DNA of 64,000 bases from Vulcanimicrobiota bacterium (GCA_963786105.1 CAWAXX010000003.1:1-64000); one strand, 5' to 3'. Counted from the first letter of the stretch, positions 47,637 through 58,085 are shown. The notes: a model not told the origin generated them from the letters alone. Made by a program: numbers and translations.

Positions 47637-48968
47637 ATGAGATATGCCGCGTTGCTTCAAATCGCCGTCGCACTGGCGCTGGTGTCGTGCAGCCAGCCAC
47701 GGTCGTGGTCGCTGCCGCCGCGCAGCGCCGACGGACTTCGGATACGCCCGGCCGCGGCTTCATCGCCCATTACCCACGTCGTCATAATCGTTCAAGAAAA
47801 CCGCACGCCGGACTACTTGTTCCAGGGCGTGCCCGGTGCCGACATCGCGACGAAGGCCGTCCAGTCGAACGGGCAGACCGTCCCGTTGCATTCCGTTTCG
47901 CTGGCAGCAGGCTACGACTTGGGCCATGGCCACGACAACTTCGTCACCGATTACGACGGCGGCAAGATGGATGGATTCGATAAAGGTTTACCGCAGAAGT
48001 ATCATCTGCGCCCATTCGGCTACGCTCCGCGCACGGAAGTACAGCCGTATTTCGATATGGCAACCCAGTACGCGTTCGCCGATCGCATGTTCCAAAGCAA
48101 TCAGGCCGGCAGTTTCCCGGCGCATCAGTATTTCGTCAGCGGCACGGCATCCGCACTGCCGGCGACCTCGTTCAGCGTCTCGAGCGACCCGTTCAACAGT
48201 AAGACCGGCCAGAAGGGCAGCGCCGGATGCGACGCGGCTCCACCCACGATCGTGTACACCATCAACCCAAACGACGGTTCTCCCGGCCCCACGCCGTTTC
48301 CATGTTTCGAGCGGCCGGTGCTTTCGGACTTTCTCGACCAGAAGGGCGTAACGTGGCGGTACTACCAGCACGGCCTGGGCACCGGCTTGTGGCACGCCTT
48401 CGACGCAATTCAGCACGTACGATACGGTCCCGATTACGCTAACGTCGTCACGCCGCCGCAGACCATTCTGACGGATATTTCGAATTCGAAGCTGCCCCGA
48501 CTGTCGTGGGTGATGCCTGCCGACGACGCCCATTCCGACCACCCCGGCACCAAAAGTGCCGCAGGCCCGTCGTGGGTAGCGGCGGTCGTCAACGCGATCG
48601 GGAACAGCCCCTATTGGAATTCAACGGCCATCTTCATCGTTTGGGACGATTGGGGAGGATGGTACGACCACTATCCTCCTCCCCAGTTCAATAATTACTA
48701 CGAGTTGGGTTGCCGGGTGCCGCTGGTGGTCATATCGGCGTATGCGAAGCGCGCCTACGTGTCGCACGTCCACCACGAATTCGGCAGCATCCTGGCGTTC
48801 GCCGAAGAGACGTTCGGCATCCCGAAGGGTTCGCTCGGTACGACCGACGTCCGCGCCGACGATCTGCGCGACGTTTTCGACTTTGCCCGGCATCCGCGAA
48901 GGTTCGTCACGATCAAAGCTCCGCCGTTCAACCCGAGCGGCGCGCGCCACGACCTCGAAGATCCTTAG
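47637..48968 (+). CDS. Phosphoesterase/phospholipase C family lipoprotein (paralog 4)
   Basis: Lipobox LVSC; QENRTPD, WDDWGGWYDH. Confidence 0.9.
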   Translation: MRYAALLQIAVALALVSCSQPRSWSLPPRSADGLRIRPAAASSPITHVVIIVQENRTPDYLFQGVPGADIATKAVQSNGQTVPLHSVSLAAGYDLGHGHDNFVTDYDGGKMDGFDKGLPQKYHLRPFGYAPRTEVQPYFDMATQYAFADRMFQSNQAGSFPAHQYFVSGTASALPATSFSVSSDPFNSKTGQKGSAGCDAAPPTIVYTINPNDGSPGPTPFPCFERPVLSDFLDQKGVTWRYYQHGLGTGLWHAFDAIQHVRYGPDYANVVTPPQTILTDISNSKLPRLSWVMPADDAHSDHPGTKSAAGPSWVAAVVNAIGNSPYWNSTAIFIVWDDWGGWYDHYPPPQFNNYYELGCRVPLVVISAYAKRAYVSHVHHEFGSILAFAEETFGIPKGSLGTTDVRADDLRDVFDFARHPRRFVTIKAPPFNPSGARHDLEDP

Positions 48969-50473
48969 CAAGCGCGCGGAAAGACGCGCACCCCGTCGCT
49001 CCAGGTTTGCAAAACCGAGCACGCGGTAAGGCTCCCCGCTTCGAACGGATCGCGGTCGAGGACGACCAGATCGCACGCCAAGGCGGCAAGAAGATTGCCG
49101 GTTTGGTTCTCCGCATATCCGAATCGCGCGGCGTTTACCGTATACATCGCCAGCGCGCGGTCGACGGACAAGCGTTCCGAATCTTCGTGATGCTCGATGC
49201 AGGCTTGCATTCCAGCCAGCGGGTTGAGATCGCAAACGGGGCTGTCGTCGCCGCCGCACAGCGTCGCGCCGGCAGCTTCGATGCGCGCGAGTGCGTTCAT
49301 CGTTCGCTTGCGGCGCTCGCCCAGGCGCATCTCGTACATACCGCCGGTACCGGCCCACAGGGCATCGAACTGCGGCTGCATCGAAAGGTAGATATTCATG
49401 CGGGCGCACGCGTCGATCTGTTCGGGCGTGGCGATTTCGAAGTGCTCGATGAAGTGACGGCAGCCGCGCGGTGACGGTCTACCGGCCAACACCCGCTCCC
49501 AGGTGCGTAGGCTCTGTTCGATAGCCGCGTCGCCGATGGCATGGACGCCGGCGGCGATACCGAGCGCCTCCGCTTGTGCGTAGTAGGCGAGCAACTCGTC
49601 GTCGCTAAACCGCAATGTGCCGCGAGTGTCGCCGTCGGAATACGGTTCGAACAGCGCCGCCGTCCGGCTGCCGATGGACCCGTCGAGAAACACGTCGCCG
49701 CCGACGTAGGGAAGGCCGAGTTGCCGAGCGAGGGCCGCATCGGGCTCGCAAATCTTCGGATGCATCTTTGCCGGCAGCGCGCGCAGCGCGGCGACCTCTC
49801 CCGCGTACGCGTCGCGCTCGAAACCGACAAGCTGCGCGTGCAAATGTAGGGCTCCGCGCGATAGCGCGAGATCCACGGCATCCCGTTCGGCGGCGCGCCG
49901 GGTCTCGACGGGAATCTGCGACATGAACGCCGCTTGCGCGCGCCAGTTCGCCTCGACAAACAACTTGCCGGTAGGCCGGCTCGAGGCGTCTCGTTCGATG
50001 CCCGGAGTATCGGCCGGCAACTCCAGCCACGCCAGCGTCCGTTGGTTCACCAGACACGAGTGACCGTCGATGCGCGCCAGCATCGCGCGGGCGCCGGCAT
50101 GAAAACGCTCGAGCGGCCGTGCGTCCGCGGTTGCGCCGTCACGCCACGTGCTTTCGTCGTATTGTCCTCCTACCACGAGGCCGGCTTCGCTAGGTAAACG
50201 CGCGACGGCCTCCGCGAATTCGTCATAACTCCGCACGCATGCCAGATCGCGAGAGCCGAGAAAGTATCCGGTGTCGGTGAGGTGGACGTGACAATCGGCG
50301 AATGCCGGTAGTACCGTCGCGCCGTCGAGATCGATGCGATCGACGCCGATACCGACGGCATCCTCGCCGATGCCGGCGACGTTCGCACCGTCGACCAGCA
50401 ACGAATCGAATCGACGAAATCGCTTAGCCGCCGCATCGAAAGAGTAGACGCGTGCGTTATGGAAGAGCTTCAC
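48965..50473 (-). CDS. Amidohydrolase 3 family (YtcJ-like)
   Basis: DCHVH, DGSIGSRTA, HAIGD, IEH, GDDSP. Confidence 0.9.
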   Translation of the reverse strand: MKLFHNARVYSFDAAAKRFRRFDSLLVDGANVAGIGEDAVGIGVDRIDLDGATVLPAFADCHVHLTDTGYFLGSRDLACVRSYDEFAEAVARLPSEAGLVVGGQYDESTWRDGATADARPLERFHAGARAMLARIDGHSCLVNQRTLAWLELPADTPGIERDASSRPTGKLFVEANWRAQAAFMSQIPVETRRAAERDAVDLALSRGALHLHAQLVGFERDAYAGEVAALRALPAKMHPKICEPDAALARQLGLPYVGGDVFLDGSIGSRTAALFEPYSDGDTRGTLRFSDDELLAYYAQAEALGIAAGVHAIGDAAIEQSLRTWERVLAGRPSPRGCRHFIEHFEIATPEQIDACARMNIYLSMQPQFDALWAGTGGMYEMRLGERRKRTMNALARIEAAGATLCGGDDSPVCDLNPLAGMQACIEHHEDSERLSVDRALAMYTVNAARFGYAENQTGNLLAALACDLVVLDRDPFEAGSLTACSVLQTWSDGVRVFPRAC

Positions 50474-50487
50474 GTGGTGAATGTACG

Positions 50488-51684
50488 GTGAAACTCGGGA
50501 AGGTTCTTCTTGGCATCGGCGCCGGCTTGGGGGCGGGATACTTGTTGGTACGGGCGATCCAGGCTTCGCGCGAATGGGCCGAGCCGGCGCCGGTAGGCAG
50601 AAAAGACGCCCTCGCCTACGCGAGACTTCGGCGAGGGCTCGACGTCGTCGAAACGATACGCGGGGTGGCAGCTCTCGCCGCCTTCGCATACGGATCGCTC
50701 GGCAAGGCCGCCGATCGCGCAACGCAGCGTGTCCCAGTCTGGTTACGTCCGGCGGTATACTTCAGCTCGCTGTCGCTGGCATCGGCGCTCGCCGAGCTTC
50801 CGGCAGCATTCATCCAGGACTACACGTTGGAACGACGCTACGGATTGAGCGATCAATCGCGCGAAGCGTGGCTGGTAGACTATGCGAAGAGCGCGGGGAT
50901 TGGGGCGATCTTCATGGCGTTCGTGGCGACGCTCTTCGGCGTCGCCGTTCGGCGCGCACCGAAGACGTGGCCGCTGCTGGCAAGCATTGGAACGCTTCCC
51001 CTGTTCGTAATCGGCAATCTGATCGTTCCGCTCTACATTCTTCCGCTGTTCAACTCGTTCGAGCCGGTAACCGGGTCGCTCGAGGAACGGCTGCGCGCGC
51101 TCGCGCGGCGATTCGGCGTCGGCAACGCAGAGATCTTGCGTATGGACATGAGCCGCCAAACGCGCAAGGCCAACGCCTTCGTTACCGGCGTAGGGCGCAC
51201 GCATCGGATCGTACTCGGCGACACCCTTATCGATGCATTTCAGGAGGACGAGATCGAGTTCGTAGTGGCCCACGAGCTGGGACACTACGTGAGCAAGGAT
51301 ACGTGGCGCCTGATCGGGATCGGAGAATTGCTCGCGGTGTTGCTGTTCGTGCTGGCCAATGCGGCGACGCCTCATAGCGAGCGCCGGGACTTGCGGGAAA
51401 GGCCGTTGTTCATCGTTCGGCTCTACGCGACCATGCTGCTCGCAACGCAAGCGTTGCGACCGCTCCTTTTCGCGTTCTCGCGTTCGCGCGAGTGGGCGGC
51501 GGATCGCTTCGCGCTGCGCGCTACGGACGCCGCGGCCTCCGGGGCCGCAGCTTTCAGACGGTTGCGCGATCAAAACCTCGCCGATGCCGATCCTCCGGGG
51601 TGGTACGAGCTCTTCTTCAGCTCGCACCCGTCCCTCAAGAAGCGCATCGAGGCCCTTCAAAATACGAATGGGTCTCTAACTTAA
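50488..51684 (+). CDS. M48 (Ste24-like) membrane metalloprotease
   Basis: NAFVTG, AHELGH, SRSREWAAD, SHP. Confidence 0.92.
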   Translation: MKLGKVLLGIGAGLGAGYLLVRAIQASREWAEPAPVGRKDALAYARLRRGLDVVETIRGVAALAAFAYGSLGKAADRATQRVPVWLRPAVYFSSLSLASALAELPAAFIQDYTLERRYGLSDQSREAWLVDYAKSAGIGAIFMAFVATLFGVAVRRAPKTWPLLASIGTLPLFVIGNLIVPLYILPLFNSFEPVTGSLEERLRALARRFGVGNAEILRMDMSRQTRKANAFVTGVGRTHRIVLGDTLIDAFQEDEIEFVVAHELGHYVSKDTWRLIGIGELLAVLLFVLANAATPHSERRDLRERPLFIVRLYATMLLATQALRPLLFAFSRSREWAADRFALRATDAAASGAAAFRRLRDQNLADADPPGWYELFFSSHPSLKKRIEALQNTNGSLT

Positions 51685-51696
51685 CGACGGTCCCGT

Positions 51697-51978
51697 TTAG
51701 TCGTCGTAGGATTCGCGGAGGTTTTCGAGGCGAGTCTGCCCAGGGACCGGATTGCAGTCACCGTCGAGCACGTCGACGTCGAAGCCTGGGTAGACGGCAT
51801 TAAACCGTTCGCGCCGCCAATCGGCAACCGTCCACGAATCCTTTGCGGCTCGCTCGTACGGCCAGCTCGGCATCCCCATGCGATCGGAGCGTACGTCGCG
51901 TCCGTCGAGATGGTGGATCTTAACCAGGAATCCCTCGATCTGGGATATGCGTAGTTCGACGCGACCAACTTTCGGCAT
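51697..51978 (-). CDS. Hypothetical 93-aa protein
   Basis: GGAG SD 3-prime of folK-mptA stop; globular composition. Confidence 0.7.
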   Translation of the reverse strand: MPKVGRVELRISQIEGFLVKIHHLDGRDVRSDRMGMPSWPYERAAKDSWTVADWRRERFNAVYPGFDVDVLDGDCNPVPGQTRLENLRESYDD

Positions 51979-51996
51979 GAGTCTCGGTAAGGCTCC

Positions 51997-53406
51997 CTAG
52001 CTCTCGGACCCTGCGCGCAGCCAGGCCGCAAGGTCCGTTTTGGAGATTGCATGATCGCCGCGGAGCTCCTCGCGTAACTCTCCGAAGCGCCCGAACGCCT
52101 CCGCAAATGCATCGTGTTTGTGAATCGATTCGTAGTTCACCTGACGAGCCGATACGAAGGTATCGTCATCGAGGTCCGAATACATGTCGAGCGCTCGCGC
52201 GAGCATTCCGCGCACCACGTCCTCGACGAACTTTGGGTTGTGGTGGGCCTTGTTGACGATAAAGAACTCGTCGGGCCTTTTGAGCAGGTCGTAGGTTTCG
52301 CTGGACATCGCATTTTCGACGATTTCGACCAGGTCTTCGGCGCGCACGGCGTCGCTTTTCTCGACGTCCACCCCCAGCAGCAGCGACCCGCGCCCGCGCT
52401 GATTGTGGGTCGCGACCGGCAGTGCGTCGAGCGCGCGGCGTGCGTCGGCGTCGGAAAATCCCGCATCGCGCAGCTCGTGCATCGAATGCTCGCGAACCAT
52501 CCCCTGCGCGCACGGACATGCGGTTAAGCCTTCCGCTTCGACGCCGATCGCGCTGCGCGTGCCGCGTTCGCCGGCATGCGCGACGCCGACGAGCGTGTAG
52601 GTTTCTTCACCGCGCTTCCCACTGACCGGCGTCCAGCGCTCGAGCCCGAACTCGGCCCGCAAGCTGACTTCGGCACGAACCGCTTGACGGCTCCGCACGA
52701 TTTCCCCGGCGATCGCTTCGACGAGACGCTCGGGGCCCGTGACCCGCGCGTCACGTGCGAGCACTTCGAGCGTCGCCTGTTCGAGCACTTCGACCAGACG
52801 CGACATGTGGATGCCGGCCCTGTGCGCCGCTAAGTCGGCGACCATCGCGAACTCGGCGTTATACACTCGTTCGCGGCCATCGAGTTCCATTCGCACGACG
52901 CGGCGCACGCCCGTCACGCCGACGCGGTTAAGCGACAGGCGCACGTCGGGCTCCTCCTCCTGCCGGTCCGCGGCGAAGTGCAGGCTACGCTCGCGACGCC
53001 GAACGCTGCCGTTCGGCTGCGCGGTAACGAGATGTGGGGCGATCTCGGCGAGCGGCACGGCGTTGTAGGCGCGCGTTTGTAGGTCGTCGCGCACGACCGC
53101 GTCGTCGACGGCCAGAAGATCGATGTCGATCGGGCGCGGCGCGAGTTTGGGCGTGCCCCCGGCGCGACCGACCGCCAGCTCGACGATCCGCATGAAACGC
53201 TCGAAGTCAGCAAGCGGAAGATCCGTTCGCAACGACGCGGCTATGTTGAGATACGCGGGACCTCCCGCTCCGCCGGCAGCGGCCGATTCGTAGAAGGCCG
53301 ATACGGCCGAAATCGTCGCGCGCGCTCGTAGGCGCTGCAGAGCAGCCAAGATGTTGCCCTGGCGGTCGCCGAGGTTGGAACCGATGCCGATGTGAATTTC
53401 GTGCAA
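51997..53406 (-). CDS. Fusion of HPPK (FolK) and GTP cyclohydrolase MptA/FolE2
   Basis: N: GIGSNLGDR, PRPIDIDLL; C: GIHMSR, TACPC, THNQR, LKRPDE, NPKFVED, ESIHKH. Confidence 0.88.
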   Translation of the reverse strand: MHEIHIGIGSNLGDRQGNILAALQRLRARATISAVSAFYESAAAGGAGGPAYLNIAASLRTDLPLADFERFMRIVELAVGRAGGTPKLAPRPIDIDLLAVDDAVVRDDLQTRAYNAVPLAEIAPHLVTAQPNGSVRRRERSLHFAADRQEEEPDVRLSLNRVGVTGVRRVVRMELDGRERVYNAEFAMVADLAAHRAGIHMSRLVEVLEQATLEVLARDARVTGPERLVEAIAGEIVRSRQAVRAEVSLRAEFGLERWTPVSGKRGEETYTLVGVAHAGERGTRSAIGVEAEGLTACPCAQGMVREHSMHELRDAGFSDADARRALDALPVATHNQRGRGSLLLGVDVEKSDAVRAEDLVEIVENAMSSETYDLLKRPDEFFIVNKAHHNPKFVEDVVRGMLARALDMYSDLDDDTFVSARQVNYESIHKHDAFAEAFGRFGELREELRGDHAISKTDLAAWLRAGSES

Positions 53407-53489
53407 ACCGTCGCAGCCCTTCGTCGAGAGGGCGTGGGGAACCGCCTTCGCGACGTGAAGGCGCGCCAAAACCGGGTATACACACTTAT

Positions 53490-54134
53490 ATGAAAACCTC
53501 TACGCCAACGATTACCTACGCGCCTAGGAAGTGGAACCTTGCGGGGCTGCAGGGCATTTCCGACGGTACCCTCGAGATGCACTTCGGCCTCTACGAAGGA
53601 TACGTCAAGAACGTGAATCTTCTCAACGAGCGGCTTGCCGAGATTCGCGCGGTGGGCAACGCGGCCGGCGCCGACCCGGGCTACGCCGAGCTCGTTCGCC
53701 GGTTAGGCTTCGAATACAACGGCATGCGCCTGCACGAGTATTACTTCGACAACATGACGCCGCACCCAGCGGCGATCGAGAACGGAAAACTGTCTAACGC
53801 GCTTGGCGACGCATACGGCGGATTCGAGGAATGGAAGAAAGATTTCGCCGCGGTCGCCGGGATGCGCGGCATCGGCTGGGCGATCGCATACTACGACCTT
53901 GCGAGCGGCCGCATCACCAATCATTGGATCGACGATCACGAAAACGGCCACCTTGCCGGATTCGTCCCCATCGTCGTGCTGGACGTCTGGGAGCACGCCT
54001 ACATCAAGGACTATAAGCCGGCCGAGCGCGAGCAATACATCGAAGCCTTCTTTGCCAACACCGACTGGAAGCGGTGCGAATCACGCTTACCCCAAAGCGG
54101 AAATGGAGTCATGGGGAAGTCTCCGGCCACCTAG
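53490..54134 (+). CDS. Fe/Mn superoxide dismutase family protein
   Basis: HFGLYEGYV, LHEYYF, DVWEHAY. Confidence 0.9.
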   Translation: MKTSTPTITYAPRKWNLAGLQGISDGTLEMHFGLYEGYVKNVNLLNERLAEIRAVGNAAGADPGYAELVRRLGFEYNGMRLHEYYFDNMTPHPAAIENGKLSNALGDAYGGFEEWKKDFAAVAGMRGIGWAIAYYDLASGRITNHWIDDHENGHLAGFVPIVVLDVWEHAYIKDYKPAEREQYIEAFFANTDWKRCESRLPQSGNGVMGKSPAT

Positions 54135-55002
54135 CCAATCGGGAAAATCCCGCGAACGTGCTGGTAAAGAACTCGCGGAGCGCTTCGGGCGGCGACGGTG
54201 CTTTTCGAACGTCGTCGTAACGGATAACGAACTCGCCCATGGTTTCGCTCCAAAACGCCGCGCTCGGGCGCACCGCGAGCTTCTCAGCTCCCTCGGGTTT
54301 CGGGAACGCATAGCACCAAAAAGCCGGTTCGGGAAAACGGTCGTCGCCCGGCCAAAAACCTACGCACACCTCTTCGGCGTCCATGGCGTTCTTCATGATG
54401 ACGTCCTCGGAGGGCGGCGTCGCCGGACGGCCGGAAAAGCGCGCGTACGCCAAGTCGAAGGTACCGAAAAAGAACTGCACGAGCGTGTGCCGGAGACGAA
54501 ACGGCGCGCGATGCGCCTTTAGGGCCGTATCCGCGTTCACGAGCACGCGGTGAAATCGCTCCGCATAAACGGCATCGTACGCAGCGTGCGTGACGTCTTC
54601 GTCGAACCTGATGGGATTGGGTATTTCGACCGGCATCGGCCATATCCGCACCTCGACGCCGAGCTCGCCCAGCGCCTGCATCAACCAACGGTAGAACGCC
54701 GCCACGCTGCGCGGGACTAACGGAAGCGAACGCGTTTGACCGTCACTCACCACGACGTCGACCCGGTGCCCGACGAAGTCGAAGTCGATGGCAAACGTAC
54801 GCTCTCCATACGGCACCGGCCCGGTCGTCAGGCCGCGGGGCGAAACGTATAGCGCCACCTGCGCCCACTCGGGCTCGGGCGGCGACAATGCCAGTCGGAT
54901 TTTGCCGGCGACCTGCGCGTACATGTGCAAGGTATCGCAGGTATCGCGCCAGTCGGCCAGCGGCAGAGCCGGCCAACCCTCATCGATGGTCGTGGGCCTC
55001 AC
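54109..55002 (-). CDS. DUF5996-like protein
   Basis: GTGA overlap with cfa stop; WPALP..DTLH..GKIRL..RGLTTGP, GFWPG, GEF. Confidence 0.75.
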   Translation of the reverse strand: MRPTTIDEGWPALPLADWRDTCDTLHMYAQVAGKIRLALSPPEPEWAQVALYVSPRGLTTGPVPYGERTFAIDFDFVGHRVDVVVSDGQTRSLPLVPRSVAAFYRWLMQALGELGVEVRIWPMPVEIPNPIRFDEDVTHAAYDAVYAERFHRVLVNADTALKAHRAPFRLRHTLVQFFFGTFDLAYARFSGRPATPPSEDVIMKNAMDAEEVCVGFWPGDDRFPEPAFWCYAFPKPEGAEKLAVRPSAAFWSETMGEFVIRYDDVRKAPSPPEALREFFTSTFAGFSRLARWPETSP

Positions 55003-56324
55003 TCCGCCGTCGCCTTGGTACGGTACAGGTCGCGGCGCGTCGGCGGTACGCCGCTGGTTCCGTCGCCGCGCGGCTTCGCCAGCAGCGTTTGCGCCAGTCC
55101 AACTCGTCCCAAACGGAATCCGCGTGCGCTGCCCGTCATGTAGAGTCGCCAGATGCGCTCGGTGCGAGCGTCGGTTGCGTCGATCGCCGCATCCCGATTG
55201 GCCGCCAGATTCGCAGTCCACGCATGCAACGTACGGGCGTAGTGTTCGCGTAGGTTTTCGACGTCGCGGACCTCGAAACCGGCGGCTTCGGCGCGTCGCA
55301 ACGTTGCGTCGAGCGCCGTCAGATCGCCGTCGGGAAATACGTACCGCCCCATGAAGTCGCTTCGAGGCCGGTAACCCTTTCCGTCGCGGCTCTGGGCGAC
55401 GATTCCGTGGTTGAGAAATAAACCGCCCTCGCATAAGGCGCGGTAGGCAATCGCGAAATACTCGCTCAGGCGCTCGCGCCCGACGTGTTCGATCATCCCG
55501 ATCGACGCGATCGCATCGAACTCGCCGTTGTTCGACACGTCGCGATAGTCCCCCAGTTCGACTCGCGCGCGACTTTCGAGTCCGGCCGCGGCAATGCGGC
55601 GCTGGGCTTCCTCGTATTGGCGTCGCGACAGCGTGATTCCGAGCGCGCGCGCACCGCGCCGTGCGGCGGCCAGGACCAGCGAGCCCCAGCCGCAGCCGAT
55701 ATCGAGAAATCGAGCACCGGGTTGCAGTCGAAGTTTGTCGAGCACGTATTCGAGTTTCGCCCGCTGTGCCTGCGCGAGCGTTTCGACGCCTTCGTCCCAG
55801 TACGCACACGAATAGACCAAGTCGCCGTCGAGGAACGTTCGATAAAACGCTACCGGCAAATCGTAGTGAAAGCTGATCGCCGCTGCGTCGCGCGCTTTCG
55901 AGTGCAATCGTCCGCCGAGCCGCAGCCGGCCCTCGCCGCGAATCTTGGGCGGCGACGGCAATCTAACGAGCAGCGTCGCGAGCCGCGCCAATGCAAGTTT
56001 CGGAAGCTGCGCGACCCGTCGCTCGAGCATGTCGATGGCCGCTTCTAAGTCGCCCGTTACGTCGATCCAAGCCTCGACGAAGGCTTTCCCGGGATTTACG
56101 TCGAGCGGCGGCGTGAAAGCGGCGCGCAACGCAAACGGCGTGCGCGCAACGAACTCGAAGCGCGCGTTGGGCGGACTCACGTTCGTACCGTTCCACAAAC
56201 GCACGCCGACGTCGCGCCCGAGGCGTTCGTCGAATAGCGCGCGCAACGCGGCCATCGAATACTCGGCGGCGCGGTCGCTTACCGCTGCCCCGGCGCGCGC
56301 CGCGTCCCGGAACGGTTTCATCAC
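54999..56324 (-). CDS. cfa: Cyclopropane-fatty-acyl-phospholipid synthase family
   Basis: HYDL, YSCAYW, LDIGCGWG, IEHVG, VFPDG, HYARTL. Confidence 0.9.
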   Translation of the reverse strand: MMKPFRDAARAGAAVSDRAAEYSMAALRALFDERLGRDVGVRLWNGTNVSPPNARFEFVARTPFALRAAFTPPLDVNPGKAFVEAWIDVTGDLEAAIDMLERRVAQLPKLALARLATLLVRLPSPPKIRGEGRLRLGGRLHSKARDAAAISFHYDLPVAFYRTFLDGDLVYSCAYWDEGVETLAQAQRAKLEYVLDKLRLQPGARFLDIGCGWGSLVLAAARRGARALGITLSRRQYEEAQRRIAAAGLESRARVELGDYRDVSNNGEFDAIASIGMIEHVGRERLSEYFAIAYRALCEGGLFLNHGIVAQSRDGKGYRPRSDFMGRYVFPDGDLTALDATLRRAEAAGFEVRDVENLREHYARTLHAWTANLAANRDAAIDATDARTERIWRLYMTGSARGFRLGRVGLAQTLLAKPRGDGTSGVPPTRRDLYRTKATAE

Positions 56325-56378
56325 CAGCGTACTTCGACGGACACGCCGCGACCCCGGTTTCCGCCGGGCGGGATTCGC

Positions 56379-56912
56379 TTAGGGTTCGGCGAGCAACGCG
56401 TCGACGGTCGCACGAACCTCGGCATCTTGGGAATCGCCGACGATGGTTTTTCTCAGATGTCCGCGACGGTCGAAGAACAACTGCGTGGGCCAGGCGGTCA
56501 CGCCGTAGGCGTTCCAGAGCACGAACGAGTTGTCGACGGCAACCGGCCATGTGATTCGTTGCTGCGCGAGACTCTGCACGACGTACGGGCGGCCCTTTTC
56601 AGCCGGCGTTTCGGGGGCGTGAATGCCGACGATCCGCAAACCGCGCGCGCGATCGGTCGCATACAGGTCCCGCAGGGTGGGCACGACGTTTTGGCAGTTG
56701 TAGCAGTCGACCGTGAAGACGTCGAGCACGACCACCTTTCCGGCAACGTCGGAAACCGCCTGGGGCGAGCCGATCCAATCGCGGGCGCCGAGAACCGCGC
56801 GGAGCGACGGCTCCGCTTTCGAATCAGCTGCCCCGCGAACGAGCGGCGGATACGTGAAAATGAGGGCCGCGAGACCCGCAATGCCGAGAATCGAGAGAGT
56901 CCAACGCTTCAT
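56379..56912 (-). CDS. Exported TlpA/DipZ-like redoxin
   Basis: N-terminal TM; CYNC; GIHAPE; AWPT. Confidence 0.85.
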   Translation of the reverse strand: MKRWTLSILGIAGLAALIFTYPPLVRGAADSKAEPSLRAVLGARDWIGSPQAVSDVAGKVVVLDVFTVDCYNCQNVVPTLRDLYATDRARGLRIVGIHAPETPAEKGRPYVVQSLAQQRITWPVAVDNSFVLWNAYGVTAWPTQLFFDRRGHLRKTIVGDSQDAEVRATVDALLAEP

Positions 56913-57005
56913 GCTACGTATTCTACGCCCGACGCGCCACCCCGGATGAGCCGGCGCCGGAAAATGCCGGGATTCCGCGCCGAGCGCAGCGTAACGGGCA
57001 CGGCA

Positions 57006-58085
57006 ATGGGCGATCCGACGATCTATCCGTACGTACTCGACCCCAAGCTGGCGCCGGCGATTTGGGGCGGCGACGAATTGGTGACCAAGTTCGGCAAACG
57101 GGGCGACGCGAACGTCAAGTTAGGCGAGTCGTGGGAGTGCTGGGACGCCAATGCGGTCATCGACGGACCGCTCGCGGGCGAAAGCGTCGCCGGCTTGCGC
57201 GCAAAGCTTGGACCGAAACTGCTGGGCAATCTCGATCCCGCGCGCATTTTTCCGGTGTTGACCAAAATCATTACCGCCCACGACTGGCTCTCCGTGCAGG
57301 TGCATCCCAACGACGCGTACGCCCGGCGAGTCGAGCACCAAGCCAATGGAAAGACCGAGTGCTGGTACGTGTTTTCTGCGGAGCCAGACGCACAGTTGGT
57401 GCTCGGTTGGACGCGCGACACGTCGCGTGAAGAGTACGAGCGTCGAGTCGCCGACGGTACGCTCGGCGAAATCCTGCGAAAAATACCGGTAAAGGCCGGC
57501 GATACCGTTTACATTCCGGCTGGAATCGTGCACGCCATCGGTGCCGGAATCGTGCTGTTCGAAACGCAGCAAGCCTCGGACTTGACCTATCGCATGTTCG
57601 ACTGGAACCGCGTCGGCTCCGACGGCAAGCCGCGGCCGCTTCATATCGCCAAAGCCGCCGACGTCTTGGATTACCGCGAAGGCACCGCGGGCGCGCTCGT
57701 GCAGATTCCGTATCATTTTGAAGGCTTCGATCGAATCGCGTTGATTGCCGACCGCCGCTTCGTGGTCGAGCGCATTACCGCGTCGAGCGAGCCGGCGTCG
57801 ATTGCGACCAACAGGCGTCCGCTGATCCTGATGTCGCTCGACGCGCCCATGGAGGTGGCCTGTGACGGCGTCGCGATCGCGTTGACGCCGTATCAAACGG
57901 CGCTGATTCCGGCCGCCGCGCAGCGCTGCACGGTGCGCGCCGCCGGAAACGCGGCGGTTGGTGAGACGGTCGAAGCGCCGTTCATGTTCGTTACGCCGCC
58001 GCTCGAACGAGACCAGCTAGCGGTCCGCATGCTGGCTGCCGGCGTCGAGCAAGCGCGGATCGACGGGTTCATGGAGCAGTTCTAG
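57006..58085 (+). CDS. manA: Mannose-6-phosphate isomerase type I
   Basis: IWGG, GESW, LSVQVHP, KTECW, HAIG, SDLTYR. Confidence 0.9.
   Translation: MGDPTIYPYVLDPKLAPAIWGGDELVTKFGKRGDANVKLGESWECWDANAVIDGPLAGESVAGLRAKLGPKLLGNLDPARIFPVLTKIITAHDWLSVQVHPNDAYARRVEHQANGKTECWYVFSAEPDAQLVLGWTRDTSREEYERRVADGTLGEILRKIPVKAGDTVYIPAGIVHAIGAGIVLFETQQASDLTYRMFDWNRVGSDGKPRPLHIAKAADVLDYREGTAGALVQIPYHFEGFDRIALIADRRFVVERITASSEPASIATNRRPLILMSLDAPMEVACDGVAIALTPYQTALIPAAAQRCTVRAAGNAAVGETVEAPFMFVTPPLERDQLAVRMLAAGVEQARIDGFMEQF

Noticed and set aside
54109..55809. 566-aa ORF
   Set aside because: N-terminal part is an alternate frame of cfa; real gene starts at GTG 55002
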